Origin: Phyllobates terribilis
Lineage: Eukaryota
Assembly: GCF_046119375.1 (NCBI RefSeq)
Contig: NW_027362762.1
Span: 130,758,001-130,822,000 of the forward strand
Direction of reading: 5' to 3'
DNA length: 64,000 nucleotides
Position 1 is the stretch's first letter, and every line of letters begins with the position of its first letter. Positions 39,601-50,391 of this stretch are shown one piece after another. A program made the translations under genes and the position numbers. The notes beneath the pieces are model-generated. The model ran no database searches and had not been told where the DNA came from. It saw only the letters and a program-made list of their open reading frames with translations.

Positions 39601-40713
39601 AGTAAACATGTGGAAAATGTTATGTATTAAGTATTTTGTGTGACATATCTCTCTGATTTAAGGGCATAAAAATTCAAATTTTGAAAATTGCTAAATTTTC
39701 AAAATTTTCGCCAAATTTCCATTTTTTTCACAAATAAACGCAAATGATATCGCAGAAATTTTACCACAATCATGAAGTACAATATGTCACGAAAAAACAG
39801 TCTCAGAATCAGGGGGATCCGTTGAAGCGTTCCAGAGTAATTACCTCATAAAGTGACAGTGGTCAGAATTGTAAAAATTGGCCTGGTCATTAACGTGCAA
39901 ACCACCATCGGGGGTAAAGGGGCTAAAGTGCTTCAGGTTGTTAACCCGTTTGCTGTTAGGTTGTATGTCCCTACTTCCTGGAAGATTAATCCTGTGTTTC
40001 ATGTTTCTTTGTTGAAAAAGGCTGATGTATCAGATAAGGATGCCACTGTCTCAGTTTCTCCTGTGGTGGAAGACGGCGAATATGAAATTTCTCATATCTT
40101 GAATTCTAGATGGCATAGAGGGAGATTACAGTATCTAGTCTCCTGGAAAGGTTTCGGTCACGAAGACAACTCCTGGGTAAGGACGGATGATGTCTCTGTT
40201 CCTAGTCTTGTTAAAGCTTTCCACAAGAGGTTTCCGGATAGGCCTGGGCCTGGAGGATCCTCATAAAAGAGGAGGTACTGTTAGAACCCTCCTGTTTGTT
40301 TTTTCCATCTTGTATTTTGCGGTCACGTGACCATCTGCCTTTATATTCCAGCTCCGCCCTTTTGGCTGTGCTGGACTTCAGTGTTTGACTGTTTCTCTAG
40401 CCAGGTGCTTCTGTGCCTTACTATGTCAGTTCGTTTTGTCCTTCTGGGACCTCTAGTACTTGTTTGTCTGTTTGTCTTTTTGTGTTCTGCAACAACTTCT
40501 CTGTTTAGGAGGTGTCCCATTTTTGTCCCAGCCTTTAGTCCTTTTAGGGACCCCTCCCCTTATGCTATAGGTCTTCGTTCAGACTAGCCGAGGACTAAGG
40601 TGGGTCTGTTCGCTAGGAACAGGCAGCCCGCTACATTGTAGGGATTCAGCTTAGTTTTACTTTAGGGACAGTTTCCCCTTATCATTCCTTAGTACATGTT
40701 GCAGATCATAACA
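36636..40713 (+). mobile_element. Gypsy/chromovirus element B remnant: gag end, protease and RT start (36636-37348); piggyBac-type insert; post-integrase and chromodomain (39923-40266); PPT; 3' LTR (40279-40713)
   Basis: [26 protein letters not shown] before the insert. KVLQVVNPFAVRL...EYEISHILNSRWHRGRLQYLVSWKGFGHEDNSW after it. LTR TGTTAG...ATAACA (435 bp) follows AAAAGAGGAGGTAC. Confidence 0.85.
37349..39922. mobile_element. Non-autonomous piggyBac-type foldback element (2574 bp)
   Basis: TTAA|CCCCTTTACCCCC...GGGGGTAAAGGGG|CTAA. Terminal inverted arms of ~700 bp. Core of alternating direct and inverted blocks with the motif AAAATGGGGTCACTTGTGGG. No transposase. Confidence 0.85.
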
Positions 40714-41044
40714 AAAACATCACCAGAACCATCAAAAGTGCATGAATACAGCACCGGAACAACGATCACTACATGAGTATGTCCCCAGAATCGGAATATG
40801 TCACCAGAACCACCATCAGTACATGTATACATTATCAGAACCACCATCAGTTTTGTGCAAGCTGTATATGTTGCATGTCGGATGCAAAAACTATCAAATG
40901 TATCCCTTTATCTATAAATGGGTCTGTTTATTTTCCATTAGATTATCTGCCAAATGCTGGACACCTTAATTGAAACGAAACAGCCCCATTATAGTTAAGC
41001 TATATTAGTTTCCATTACTATTATTGGGTTTTACATTAAAAAAT

Positions 41045-42054
41045 TGTAACAGGTCTGGGAGGCGGAACCTCTGAGCAACTATACAAGGGGGCGGTCCTTG
41101 TAAGGAAGCGGGTGGCTCCCAGGGAAGACGGGCAGGTAGTCACGGCAAGTGACAGGGACAGTCTCTGGGTAGAAGGGCAGGTAGTCACGGCAAGTGACAG
41201 GGACAGTCTCTGGGTAGAAGGGCAGGTAGTCACGGCAAGTGACAGGGACAGTCTCTGAGTAGAAGGACGGGTACTCACGGCAAGTGACAGGGACAGTCTC
41301 TGGGTAGAAGGACAGCAGGCAGGTGGCTGGTGAGCGCTCCCAGGTGAGCGGGCGAGAGTCTTTGGACAGGCAGGTGGTCACGGCAAGTGACGGCAGAGCC
41401 TCCAGGTAGGCTAGCAGACAGGTAGTAGGTGAGCGCTCCCAGGTGAGCAGGCAAGAGTCTCTGGACAGGCAGGTGGTCACGGCAAGTGACGGCAGAGCCT
41501 CCAGGTAGGCTAGCAGACAGGTAGCAGGTGAGCGCTCCCAGGTGAGCAGGCATGAGTCTCTGGACAGGCAGGTGGTCACGGCAAGTGACGGCGGAGCCTC
41601 CAGGTAGGCTAGCAGGCAGGTAGCAGATGAGCGCTCCCAGGTGAGCGGGCAGGCTGGTCCATAGACAGACTGACAGGTGTCGGAAGGCAGACCGTCGGAC
41701 CGCAGGCTTGCAAGCAGGTAAACGGATATCAGGCAGGTATCAAGCAGGAATCTGGCAGGTGACTGGCAGGTAACAAGCAGGAATCTGTGAAGGCTTTGCA
41801 ACAACATTGCTCGGGCACCTCCATTTTGGAGGAGGTGCCTTATATATGGTGAAGTCCTCAGGCCATTGGCCGGGGACTCCTTAGGACGGCGCACGCGGCC
41901 CCTTTAAGAGAAGGGGAGCGCGCGCGCCCTAAGCACCGTGGCCGGGAAGCAGCGCGCGCTGCCAGCAGGGCGGGAGGAAGACGCCGGGCACGGAGCGGAG
42001 AGGTGAGGGGAACAGCGTCCCTGCCTAGCAGGAGGCAGGGACGCTGACGCTACA
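41045..42054 (-). repeat. Element C 3' LTR (1010 bp) with 4x45-bp and 3x99-bp internal repeats
   Basis: Sense strand TGTAGCGTC...GTTACA. TATATAA near 41840-41846. Confidence 0.9.
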
Positions 42055-45000
42055 GTACCTCCCCCTTTAGGCCCCCCCTTTTTTAGGCCAGAGAGAAATT
42101 TATCAAGGATGAGTGGGGCATGGATGTTCTCCCGAGGCTCCCACGTTCTCTCCTCAGGACCAAACCCCTTCCAATCTACCAGAAAAAAGGTTTTTCCTCT
42201 TACCCTTTTGGTGGCCAGAATGTTCTCTACCTCAAACTCGTTCTCAGCGGAAACCGGAGCAGGAGGCGTACCTGTAGACTTGGAAAAAGAGTTAAGTACC
42301 ACGGGTTTGAGGAGAGATACATGGAAGGAGTTAGGGATCCGTAGGTTGGCCGGGAGTTTCAATTTATAGGCCACCGGATTGATCTGTTTGATAACTTCCA
42401 GTGGGCCGATGAACCGAGGCCCTAACTTGTAGGAAGGAACCTTGAGCCGGACATACTTGGACGAGAGCCAGACTTTATCTCCAGGACGGAATTGTGGAGG
42501 ATCCAGGCGTTTTTTGTCAGCGTGTTTTTTCATCCGCTCGGACGACTGAAGGAGTGCGGATCGGGTACTCTCCCAAATGGAGGAGAATTCGCTAACGAGA
42601 GATTCCGCAGCCGGATTGTCCACCGAGGTGGAGACGGGAAACGGGATCCGAGGATGCTGACCGAAGACTACAAAAAACGGGGATTTGGAGGAAGATTCGC
42701 TCTCGTGATTATTGTAAGAGAACTCGGCCCATGGTAGGAGATCCACCCAGTCCGAATGGTGGGCGTTAACGAAGTGCCGGAGGTAACTGGTCAGGTTCTG
42801 ATTGATCCGCTCCACTTGACCATTGGACTGTGGATGGTAAGCGGAGGAGAAGTCCAGAGTGACGTCAAGCAACTTACATGTGGCTCTCCAGAAGCGTGAG
42901 GTGAACTGAACACCCACAATCTGACACAATGTGGAGGGGCAGGCCATGGAGACGGAAGATGTGGCGGATAAAGTCTTTAGCGAGTTCGGGTGCAGACAGG
43001 AGGCCCGGCAGGGGAATGAAGTGCGCCATCTTGGAAAAGCGATCAGCGACCACCCAAATGACCGTACAACCGGCAGAGACAGGGAGATCCGTTATAAAGT
43101 CCATAGCTATATGCTGCCACGGGACAGCAGGTACTGGAAGAGGAAGGAAGCGACCGGCTGGCAGGTGTCTCGGAACTTTGTTGCGGGCGCAAGACACACA
43201 GGCAGAAACAAAGTCTATTACATCCTTGTGCAGGGTAGGCCACCAGTAATGCCGGGTAATGAGCTGGAGGGTCTTTTTCTGACCGGCGTGACCAGCTAGC
43301 TTAGACGAGTGACCCCAGTGTAGGACCCTCCTCCGATCAGGTACAGTTACGAACGTCTTACCGGGAGGGAGACGATTTAGATTCACGGGGGCCACTTGCA
43401 TTACTCTGGCGGGATCAATGATGTGCTTAATGTCCTCCTCTAGATCAGATACCAGGAAGGATCGGGACAAGGCGTCAGCTTTGATGTTTTTGTCTGCCGG
43501 GCGAAAATGAAGAACAAAATCAAAGCGAGCAAAAAACAAGGACCACCGGGCTTGGTGCGGGTTAAGTCTCTGGGCGCTCTGAAGGTAAGCCAAGTTCTTG
43601 TGGTCCGTGTAAATTATTACCGGGTGAAGAGCCCCCTCGAGCAGGTAACGCCACTCCTCCAGTGCCAGCTTAATGGCTAACAATTCTCGGTCTCCAATAG
43701 AATAATTGCGCTCAGAAGAGGAGAAGAGTTTGGAGAAAAAAACGCAGGTTACCATTCTTCCGGAAGATGACTTTTGGGTAAGTACCGCCCCGGCTCCTGA
43801 GGAGGAAGCGTCAACTTCTAGGAAGAATTGTTTGTTGCCGTCCGGACGATGCAGCACCGGGGCGGAGGAGAAAGCCTGTTTTAAGGAAAGAAAGGCCTCC
43901 GCAGCTTTGGGCGGCCATCTTCTGGGATTAGTGCCCTTACGGGTGAGCGCAGAGATAGGGGCAGTCCGGGAAGAGAAGTGCGGTATGAAGAGGCGGTAAT
44001 AGTTGGCGAAGCCCAGGAACCGCTGAATAGCCTTCAACCCCTCTGGTCGGGGCAACTTCTGGATGGCAGACAGTTTCTCAGGATCCTTTTGTAGGCCGGT
44101 CTGAGAGATTATGTAGCCCAGAAATGGAAGAGAGGTCTGTTCAAAGATGCACTTCTCATATTTAGCGTAGAGGTGATTCTGCCTGAGCCTGAGCAGGACC
44201 TGACGAACATCCCTCCGGTGAGTAGGAAGGTCCGGAGAGAAGACCAAGATGTCGTCCAGGTACACCACCACGCAGGAGTAGAGAAGGTCACGGAAGATGT
44301 CATTGACCAACTCTTGAAAGACGGCAGGAGCGTTACAGAGACCGAAGGGCATTACAAGGTACTCATAGTGGCCGTCCCAGGTGTTGAATGCCGTCTTCCA
44401 CTCATCCCCCTGACAGATACGGACCAGGTTATACGCCCCACGGAGATCTAGTTTGGTGATGATTCTAGCCCCCCTCAGACGGTCAAATAATTCAGGAATG
44501 AGCGGGAGGGGGTATTTATTCTTCACTGTAATCTGGTTAAGGCCTCTATAATCTATACATAGACGGAGTGAGCCGTCCTTCTTTTTGACGAAGAAGAAGC
44601 CTGCTCCCGCCGGGGAGGTAGACTTCCGGATAAATCCCCGGGCCAGATTCTCCTCAATATATTCTGACATGGACCGGGTCTCTGCAGCGGACAAAGGGTA
44701 GATACGCCCACGGGGAGGAGTAGAGCCGGGTATCAGGTCGATTGGGCAGTCGTATGGTCTATGAGGGGGTAATGTCTCTGCTTCTTTTTTATTGAAGACA
44801 TCCGCATAAGACCAATAGGGAACGGTAGACCGGGTAGATTGACTGGGGTAGGAGAAGGACGAGCAGGATGAACGGGAACTAGACAAGTCTTATGGCAGTC
44901 CTGTCCCCAGCGAAGGACTTCTCCGGTCTGCCAGTCAAGCACGGGTGCATGTTTCTGGAGCCAAGGTAGGCCTAGCAAGAGTGCGTGAGAGAGTCCAGGC

Positions 45001-45254
45001 AGAACATGAAAGGAGATGCTCTCAGAATGCAGCATTCCCACCTGTAGAGTTAGAGATTCGGTGATGAGTTGGATGGGATGTGGTAAGAGGCCCCCATCCA
45101 CGGCGGCGACAGATAAAGGTACGGCCAGAGGTTTGGTGGGAATACGGTATTTCTCTACCAGGGATTGAGAGATGAGATTTCCAGCAGCTCCAGAGTCAAG
45201 TTGAGCCAGTTCAAAATAGCGGTTCTCTCCGCAGATGATAGAGACTGACAGCAT
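42055..45254 (-). pseudogene. Element C pol, left copy (PR-RT-RH-IN-chromodomain) with frameshifts at PR/RT (~44820) and in IN (~42915)
   Basis: LDSGA protease, YLDD RT, DAS RNase H, HX4H...C2 and DDE integrase, and chromodomain, spread over ORFs 44733-45254, 42874-44886 and 41904-42947. Confidence 0.95.
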
Positions 45255-45304
45255 CAGGGATGGAGAGGGTTTACTTTTGTCTAGGGCGACCTCTCTGAGC
45301 GATC

Positions 45305-46255
45305 CTAGACACAGGCGTTTCCCGACCTCTCTGGGCAGGAACGGATCTGGTGCTCCTTACTGCCACAGTAGAAGCAGCTCCCCTCGGCACGGCGTAAGTC
45401 TTGACGGGTTTTGACCATCTTGGTCTGGTCGACCTGCATAGGCTCAGGTGAGTGTGCCTGGGGAGTAACGGAGGGAGTGACGGGTTTCTGGAAGGTAGGA
45501 GCTAGACGTGGAAACCTCCTCTCACGGGTGACCTCTTTGGCGCGCTCCTGGAACCGGATGTCAATCCGGGTGGCAAGTGTTATTAAGTCGTCGAGAGTGG
45601 TAGGAATGTCCCGACCGGCGAGTTCATCTTTAATACGGCCGGACAGACCCTCCCGGAAGACAGACACCAGGGCGTCGTTATCCCAGGCCTGCTCCGAAGC
45701 AAGTGTACGGAACCGTATGGCATATTGGCCTACGGTGAGATTTCCTTGATGGAGGCGTAGCAGAGACGATGCGGATGAGGTCTTCCGTCCGGGTTCGTCG
45801 AAGACTTTCCGGAAAGCCGTGAGAAAGGCTGGCAGGTCGGACACCAGGGGGTCTCCTCTCTCCCATAGAGGATTTAGCCAAGCCAGAGCCTCCCCCGTGA
45901 GGTGGGACATGATAAAGGCTACTTTGGACCGGTCAGAGATAAACTGGTGGGACAAAAGTTCAAAGTGCAGGGTGCACTGGTTTATGAAGCCCCGAGCTTG
46001 AGCGGAGTCACCTCCGAAGCGAGGAGGTGCAGAAAGCCGGGGTCCGGGGCAGGATACCATGGTATTGGTGGGCAGCGGCGCTGCCGGGTTGCGAGTCATG
46101 ACACTAGCGGTGGTAGCTGGTGGAGCAGTCAGAGTGTCCAGGCGAGAGTTGACATTCCGCAGGTGACTCAGGATGGACTCCTGTTGGGACCTCTGACGGG
46201 ACAGTTCATGACATAAATCCGAGAGCGAGGGAGCTTGGGTGCCACCGGGTTCCAT
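45305..46255 (-). CDS. Element C Gag (316 aa, open) with CCHC zinc knuckle
   Basis: PEG10/Sushi-type capsid motifs (FGGDSAQARGFINQC, AWLNPLWE, LHQGNLTVGQYAIRF) and CFYCGSKEHQIRSC. Confidence 0.92.
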   Translation of the reverse strand: MEPGGTQAPSLSDLCHELSRQRSQQESILSHLRNVNSRLDTLTAPPATTASVMTRNPAAPLPTNTMVSCPGPRLSAPPRFGGDSAQARGFINQCTLHFELLSHQFISDRSKVAFIMSHLTGEALAWLNPLWERGDPLVSDLPAFLTAFRKVFDEPGRKTSSASSLLRLHQGNLTVGQYAIRFRTLASEQAWDNDALVSVFREGLSGRIKDELAGRDIPTTLDDLITLATRIDIRFQERAKEVTRERRFPRLAPTFQKPVTPSVTPQAHSPEPMQVDQTKMVKTRQDLRRAEGSCFYCGSKEHQIRSCPERSGNACV

Positions 46256-46268
46256 TGCCCGAGCAAAC

Positions 46269-46796
46269 TGTAACGGGTCTGGGAGGCGGAACCTCTGAGC
46301 AACTATACAAGGGGGCGGTCCTTGTAAGGAAGCGGGTGGCTCCCAGGGAAGACGGGCAGGTAGTCACGGCAAGTGACAGGGACAGTCTCTGGGCAGAAGG
46401 GCAGGTAGTCACGGCAAGTGACAGGGACAGTCTCTGGGTAGAAGGGCAGGTAGTCACGGCAAGTGACAGGGACAGTCTCTGAGTAGAAGGACGGGTACTC
46501 ACGACAAGTGACAGGGACAGTCTCTGGGTAGAAGGACAGCAGGCAACATTGCTCGGGCACCTCCATTTTGGAGGAGGTGCCTTATATATGGTGAAGTCCT
46601 CCGGCCATTGGCCGGGGACTCCTTAGGACGGCGCACGCGGCCCCTTTAAGAGAAGGGGAGCGCGCGCGCCCTAAGCACCGTGGCCGGGAAGCAGCGCGCG
46701 CTGCCAGCAGGGCGGGAGGAAGACGACGGACACGGAGCGGAGAGGTGAGGGGAACAGCGTCCCTGCCTAGCAGGAGGCAGGGACGCTGACGCTACA
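46269..46796 (-). repeat. Element C central LTR (528 bp; ~480-bp internal deletion)
   Basis: Junction agcaggca|acattgctc removes the 99-bp repeat block. Confidence 0.9.
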
Positions 46797-49628
46797 GTAC
46801 CCCCCCCCTTTAGGCCCCCCCTTTTTTAGGCCAGAGAGAAATTTATCAAGGATGAGAGGGGCATGGATGTTCTCCCGAGGCTCCCACGTTCTCTCCTCAG
46901 GACCAAACCCCTTCCAATCTACCAGAAAAAAGATTTTTCCTCTTACCCTTTTGGTGGCCAGAATGTTCTCTACCTCAAACTCGTTCTCAGCGGAAACCGG
47001 AGCAGGAGGCGTACCTGTAGACTTGGAAAAAGAGTTAAGTACTACGGGTTTGAGGAGAGATACATGGAAGGAGTTAGGGATCCGTAGGTTGGCCGGGAGT
47101 TTCAATTTATAGGCCACCGGATTGATCTGTTTGATAACTCCCAGTGGGCCGATGAACCGAGGCCCTAACTTGTAGGAAGGAACCTTGAGCCGGACATACT
47201 TGGACGAGAGCCAGACTTTATCTTCAGGACGGAATTGTGGAGGATCCAGGCGTTTTTTGTCAGCGTGTTTTTTCATCCGCTCGGACGACTGAAGGAGTGC
47301 GGATCGAGTACTCTCCCAAATGGAGGAGAATTCGCTAACGAGAGATTCCGCATCCGGATTGTCCACCGAGGTGGAGACGGGAAACGGGATCCGAGGATGC
47401 TGACCGAAGACTACAAAAAACGGGGATTTGGAGGAAGATTCGCTCTCGTGATTATTGTAAGAGAACTCGGCCCATGGTAGGAGATCCACCCAGTCCGAAT
47501 GGTGGGCGTTAACGAAGTGCCGGAGGTAACTGGTCAGGTTCTGATTGATCCGCTCCACTTGACCATTGGACTGTGGATGGTAAGCGGAGGAGAAGTCCAG
47601 AGTGACGTCAAGCAACTTACATGTGCCTCTCCAGAAGCGTGAGGTGAACTGAACTCCACGATCTGACACAATGTGGAGGGGCAGGCCATGGAGACGGAAG
47701 ATGTGGCGGATAAAGTCTTTAGCCAGTTCGGGTGCAGACAGGAGGCCCGGCAGGGGAATGAAGTGCGCCATCTTGGAAAAGCGATCAGCGACCACCCAAA
47801 TGACCGTACAACCGGCAGAGACAGGGAGATCCGTTATAAAGTCCATAGCTATATGCTGCCACGGGGCAGCAGGTACTGGAAGAGGAAGGAGGCGACCGGC
47901 TGGCAGGTGTCTCGGAACTTTGTTGCGGGCGCAAGACACACAGGCAGAAACAAAGTCTATTACATCCTTGTGCAGGGTAGGCCACCAGTAATGCCGGGTA
48001 ATGAGCTGGAGGGTCTTTTTCTGACCGGCGTGGCCAGCTAGCTTAGACGAGTGACCCCAGTGTAGGACCCTCCTCCGATCAGGTACAGTTACGAACGTCT
48101 TACCGGGAGGGAGACGATTTAGATTCACGGGGGCCACTTGCATTACTCTGGCGGGATCAATGATGTGCTTAATGTCCTCCTCTAGATCAGATACCAGGAA
48201 GGATCGGGACAAGGCGTCAGCTTTGATGTTTTTGTCTGCCGGGCGAAAATGAAGAACAAAATCAAAGCGAGCAAAAAACAAGGACCACCGGGCTTGGTGC
48301 GGGTTAAGTCTCTGGGCGTTCTGAAGGTAAGCCAAGTTCTTGTGGTCCGTGTAAATTATTACCGGGTGAAGAGCCCCCTCGAGCAGGTAACGCCACTCCT
48401 CCAGTGCCAGCTTAATGGCTAACAATTCTCGGTCTCCAATAGAATAATTGCGCTCAGAAGAGGAGAAGAGTTTGGAGAAAAAAACGCAGGTTACCATTCT
48501 TCCGGAAGATGACTTTTGGGTAAGTACCGCCCCGGCTCCGGAGGAGGAAGCGTCAACTTCTAGGAAGAATTGTTTGTTGCCGTCCGGACGATGCAGCACC
48601 GGGGCGGAGGAGAAAGCCTGTTTTAAGGAAAGAAAGGCCTCCTCAGCTTCGGGCGGCCATCTTCTGGGATTAGTGCCCTTACGGGTGAGCGCAGAGATAG
48701 GGGCAGTCCGGGAAGAGAAGTGCGGTATGAAGAGGCGGTAATAGTTGGCGAAGCCCAGGAACCGCTGAATAGCCTTCAACCCCTCTGGTCGGGGCAACTT
48801 CTGGATGGCAGACAGTTTCTCAGGATCCTTTTGTAGGCCGGTCTGAGAGATTATGTAGCCCAGAAATGGAAGAGAGGTCTGTTCAAAGATGCACTTCTCA
48901 TATTTAGCGTAGAGGTGATTCTGCCTGAGCCTGAGCAGGACCTGACGAACATCCCTCCGGTGAGTAGGAAGGTCCGGAGAGAAGACCAAGATGTCGTCCA
49001 GGTACACCACCACGCAGGAGTAGAGAAGGTCACGGAAGATGTCATTGACCAACTCTTGAAAGATGGCAGGAGCGTTACAGAGACCGAAGGGCATTACAAG
49101 GTACTCATAGTGGCCGTCCCGGGTGTTGAATGCCGTCTTCCACTCATCCCCCTGACGGATACGGACCAGGTTATACGCCCCACGGAGATCTAGTTTGGTG
49201 ATGATTCTAGCCCCCCTCAGACGGTCAAATAATTCAGGAATGAGCGGGAGGGGGTATTTATTCTTCACTGTAATCTGGTTAAGGCCTCTATAATCTATAC
49301 ATAGACGGAGTGAGCCGTCCTTCTTTTTGACGAAGAAGAAGCCTGCTCCCGCCGGGGAGGTAGACTTCCGGATAAATCCCCGGGCCAGATTCTCCTCAAT
49401 ATATTCTGACATGGACCGGGTCTCTGCAGCGGACAAAGGGTAGATACGCCCACAGGGAGGAGTAGAGCCGGGTATCAGGTCGATTGGGCAGTCGTATGGT
49501 CTATGAGGGGGTAATGTCTCTGCTTCTTTTTTATTGAAGACATCCGCATAAGACCAATAGGGAACGGTAGACCGGGTAGATTGACTGGGGTAGGAGAAGG
49601 ACGAGCAGGATGAACGGGAACTAGACAA
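46767..49628 (-). CDS. Element C RT-RH-IN-chromodomain, right copy (953-aa open frame, out of frame with its protease at 49475-49996)
   Basis: All pol motifs uninterrupted from YADVFNKKEA to the chromodomain. The 1-nt PR/RT frameshift is shared with the left copy. Confidence 0.9.
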   Translation of the reverse strand: MSSSRSSCSSFSYPSQSTRSTVPYWSYADVFNKKEAETLPPHRPYDCPIDLIPGSTPPCGRIYPLSAAETRSMSEYIEENLARGFIRKSTSPAGAGFFFVKKKDGSLRLCIDYRGLNQITVKNKYPLPLIPELFDRLRGARIITKLDLRGAYNLVRIRQGDEWKTAFNTRDGHYEYLVMPFGLCNAPAIFQELVNDIFRDLLYSCVVVYLDDILVFSPDLPTHRRDVRQVLLRLRQNHLYAKYEKCIFEQTSLPFLGYIISQTGLQKDPEKLSAIQKLPRPEGLKAIQRFLGFANYYRLFIPHFSSRTAPISALTRKGTNPRRWPPEAEEAFLSLKQAFSSAPVLHRPDGNKQFFLEVDASSSGAGAVLTQKSSSGRMVTCVFFSKLFSSSERNYSIGDRELLAIKLALEEWRYLLEGALHPVIIYTDHKNLAYLQNAQRLNPHQARWSLFFARFDFVLHFRPADKNIKADALSRSFLVSDLEEDIKHIIDPARVMQVAPVNLNRLPPGKTFVTVPDRRRVLHWGHSSKLAGHAGQKKTLQLITRHYWWPTLHKDVIDFVSACVSCARNKVPRHLPAGRLLPLPVPAAPWQHIAMDFITDLPVSAGCTVIWVVADRFSKMAHFIPLPGLLSAPELAKDFIRHIFRLHGLPLHIVSDRGVQFTSRFWRGTCKLLDVTLDFSSAYHPQSNGQVERINQNLTSYLRHFVNAHHSDWVDLLPWAEFSYNNHESESSSKSPFFVVFGQHPRIPFPVSTSVDNPDAESLVSEFSSIWESTRSALLQSSERMKKHADKKRLDPPQFRPEDKVWLSSKYVRLKVPSYKLGPRFIGPLGVIKQINPVAYKLKLPANLRIPNSFHVSLLKPVVLNSFSKSTGTPPAPVSAENEFEVENILATKRVRGKIFFLVDWKGFGPEERTWEPRENIHAPLILDKFLSGLKKGGPKGGGYCSVSVPASC

Positions 49629-50391
49629 GTCTTATGGCAGTCCTGTCCCCAGCGAAGGACTTCTCCGGTCTGCCAGTCAAGCACGGGTGCATGTTTCTGG
49701 AGCCAAGGTAGGCCTAGCAAGAGTGCGTGAGAGAGTCCAGGCAGAACATGAAAGGAGATGCTCTCAGAATGCAGCATTCCCACCTGTAGAGTTAGAGATT
49801 CGGTGATGAGTTGGATGGGATGTGGTAAGAGGCCCCCATCCACGGCGGCGACAGATAAAGGTACGGCCAGAGGTTTGGTGGGAATACGGTATTTCTCTAC
49901 CAGGGATTGAGAGATGAGATTTCCAGCAGCTCCAGAGTCAAGTTGAGCCAGTTCAAAATAGCGGTTCTCTCCGCAGATGATAGAGACTGACAGCATCAGG
50001 GATGGAGAGGGTTTACTTTTGTCTAGGGCGACCTCTCTGAGCGATCCTAGACACAGGCGTTTCCCGACCTCTCTGGGCAGGAACGGATCTGGTGCTCCTT
50101 ACTGCCACAGTAGAAGCAGCTCCCCTCGGCACGGCGTAAGTCTTGACGGGTTTTGACCATCTTGGTCTGGTCGACCTGCATAGGCTCAGGTGAGTGTGCC
50201 TGGGGAGTAACGGAGGGAGTGACGGGTTTCTGGAAGGTAGGAGCTAGACATGGAAACCTCCTCTCACGGGTGACCTCTTTGGCGCGCTCCTGGAACCGGA
50301 TGTCAATCCGGGTGGCAAGTGTTATTAAGTCGTCGAGAGTGGTAGGAATGTCCCGACCGGCGAGTTCATCTTTAATACGGCCGGACAGACC

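Noticed and set aside
41036-41894. ORFs with LAVTTCLS or ETVPVTCRD repeats (also 46206-46566 and 50325-51093)
   Set aside because: They are translations of the 45-bp and 99-bp LTR repeats.
42109-49193. Plus-strand ORFs of 74-122 aa duplicated 4742 bp apart
   Set aside because: They are antisense shadows of pol; the duplication reflects the tandem array, not selection.
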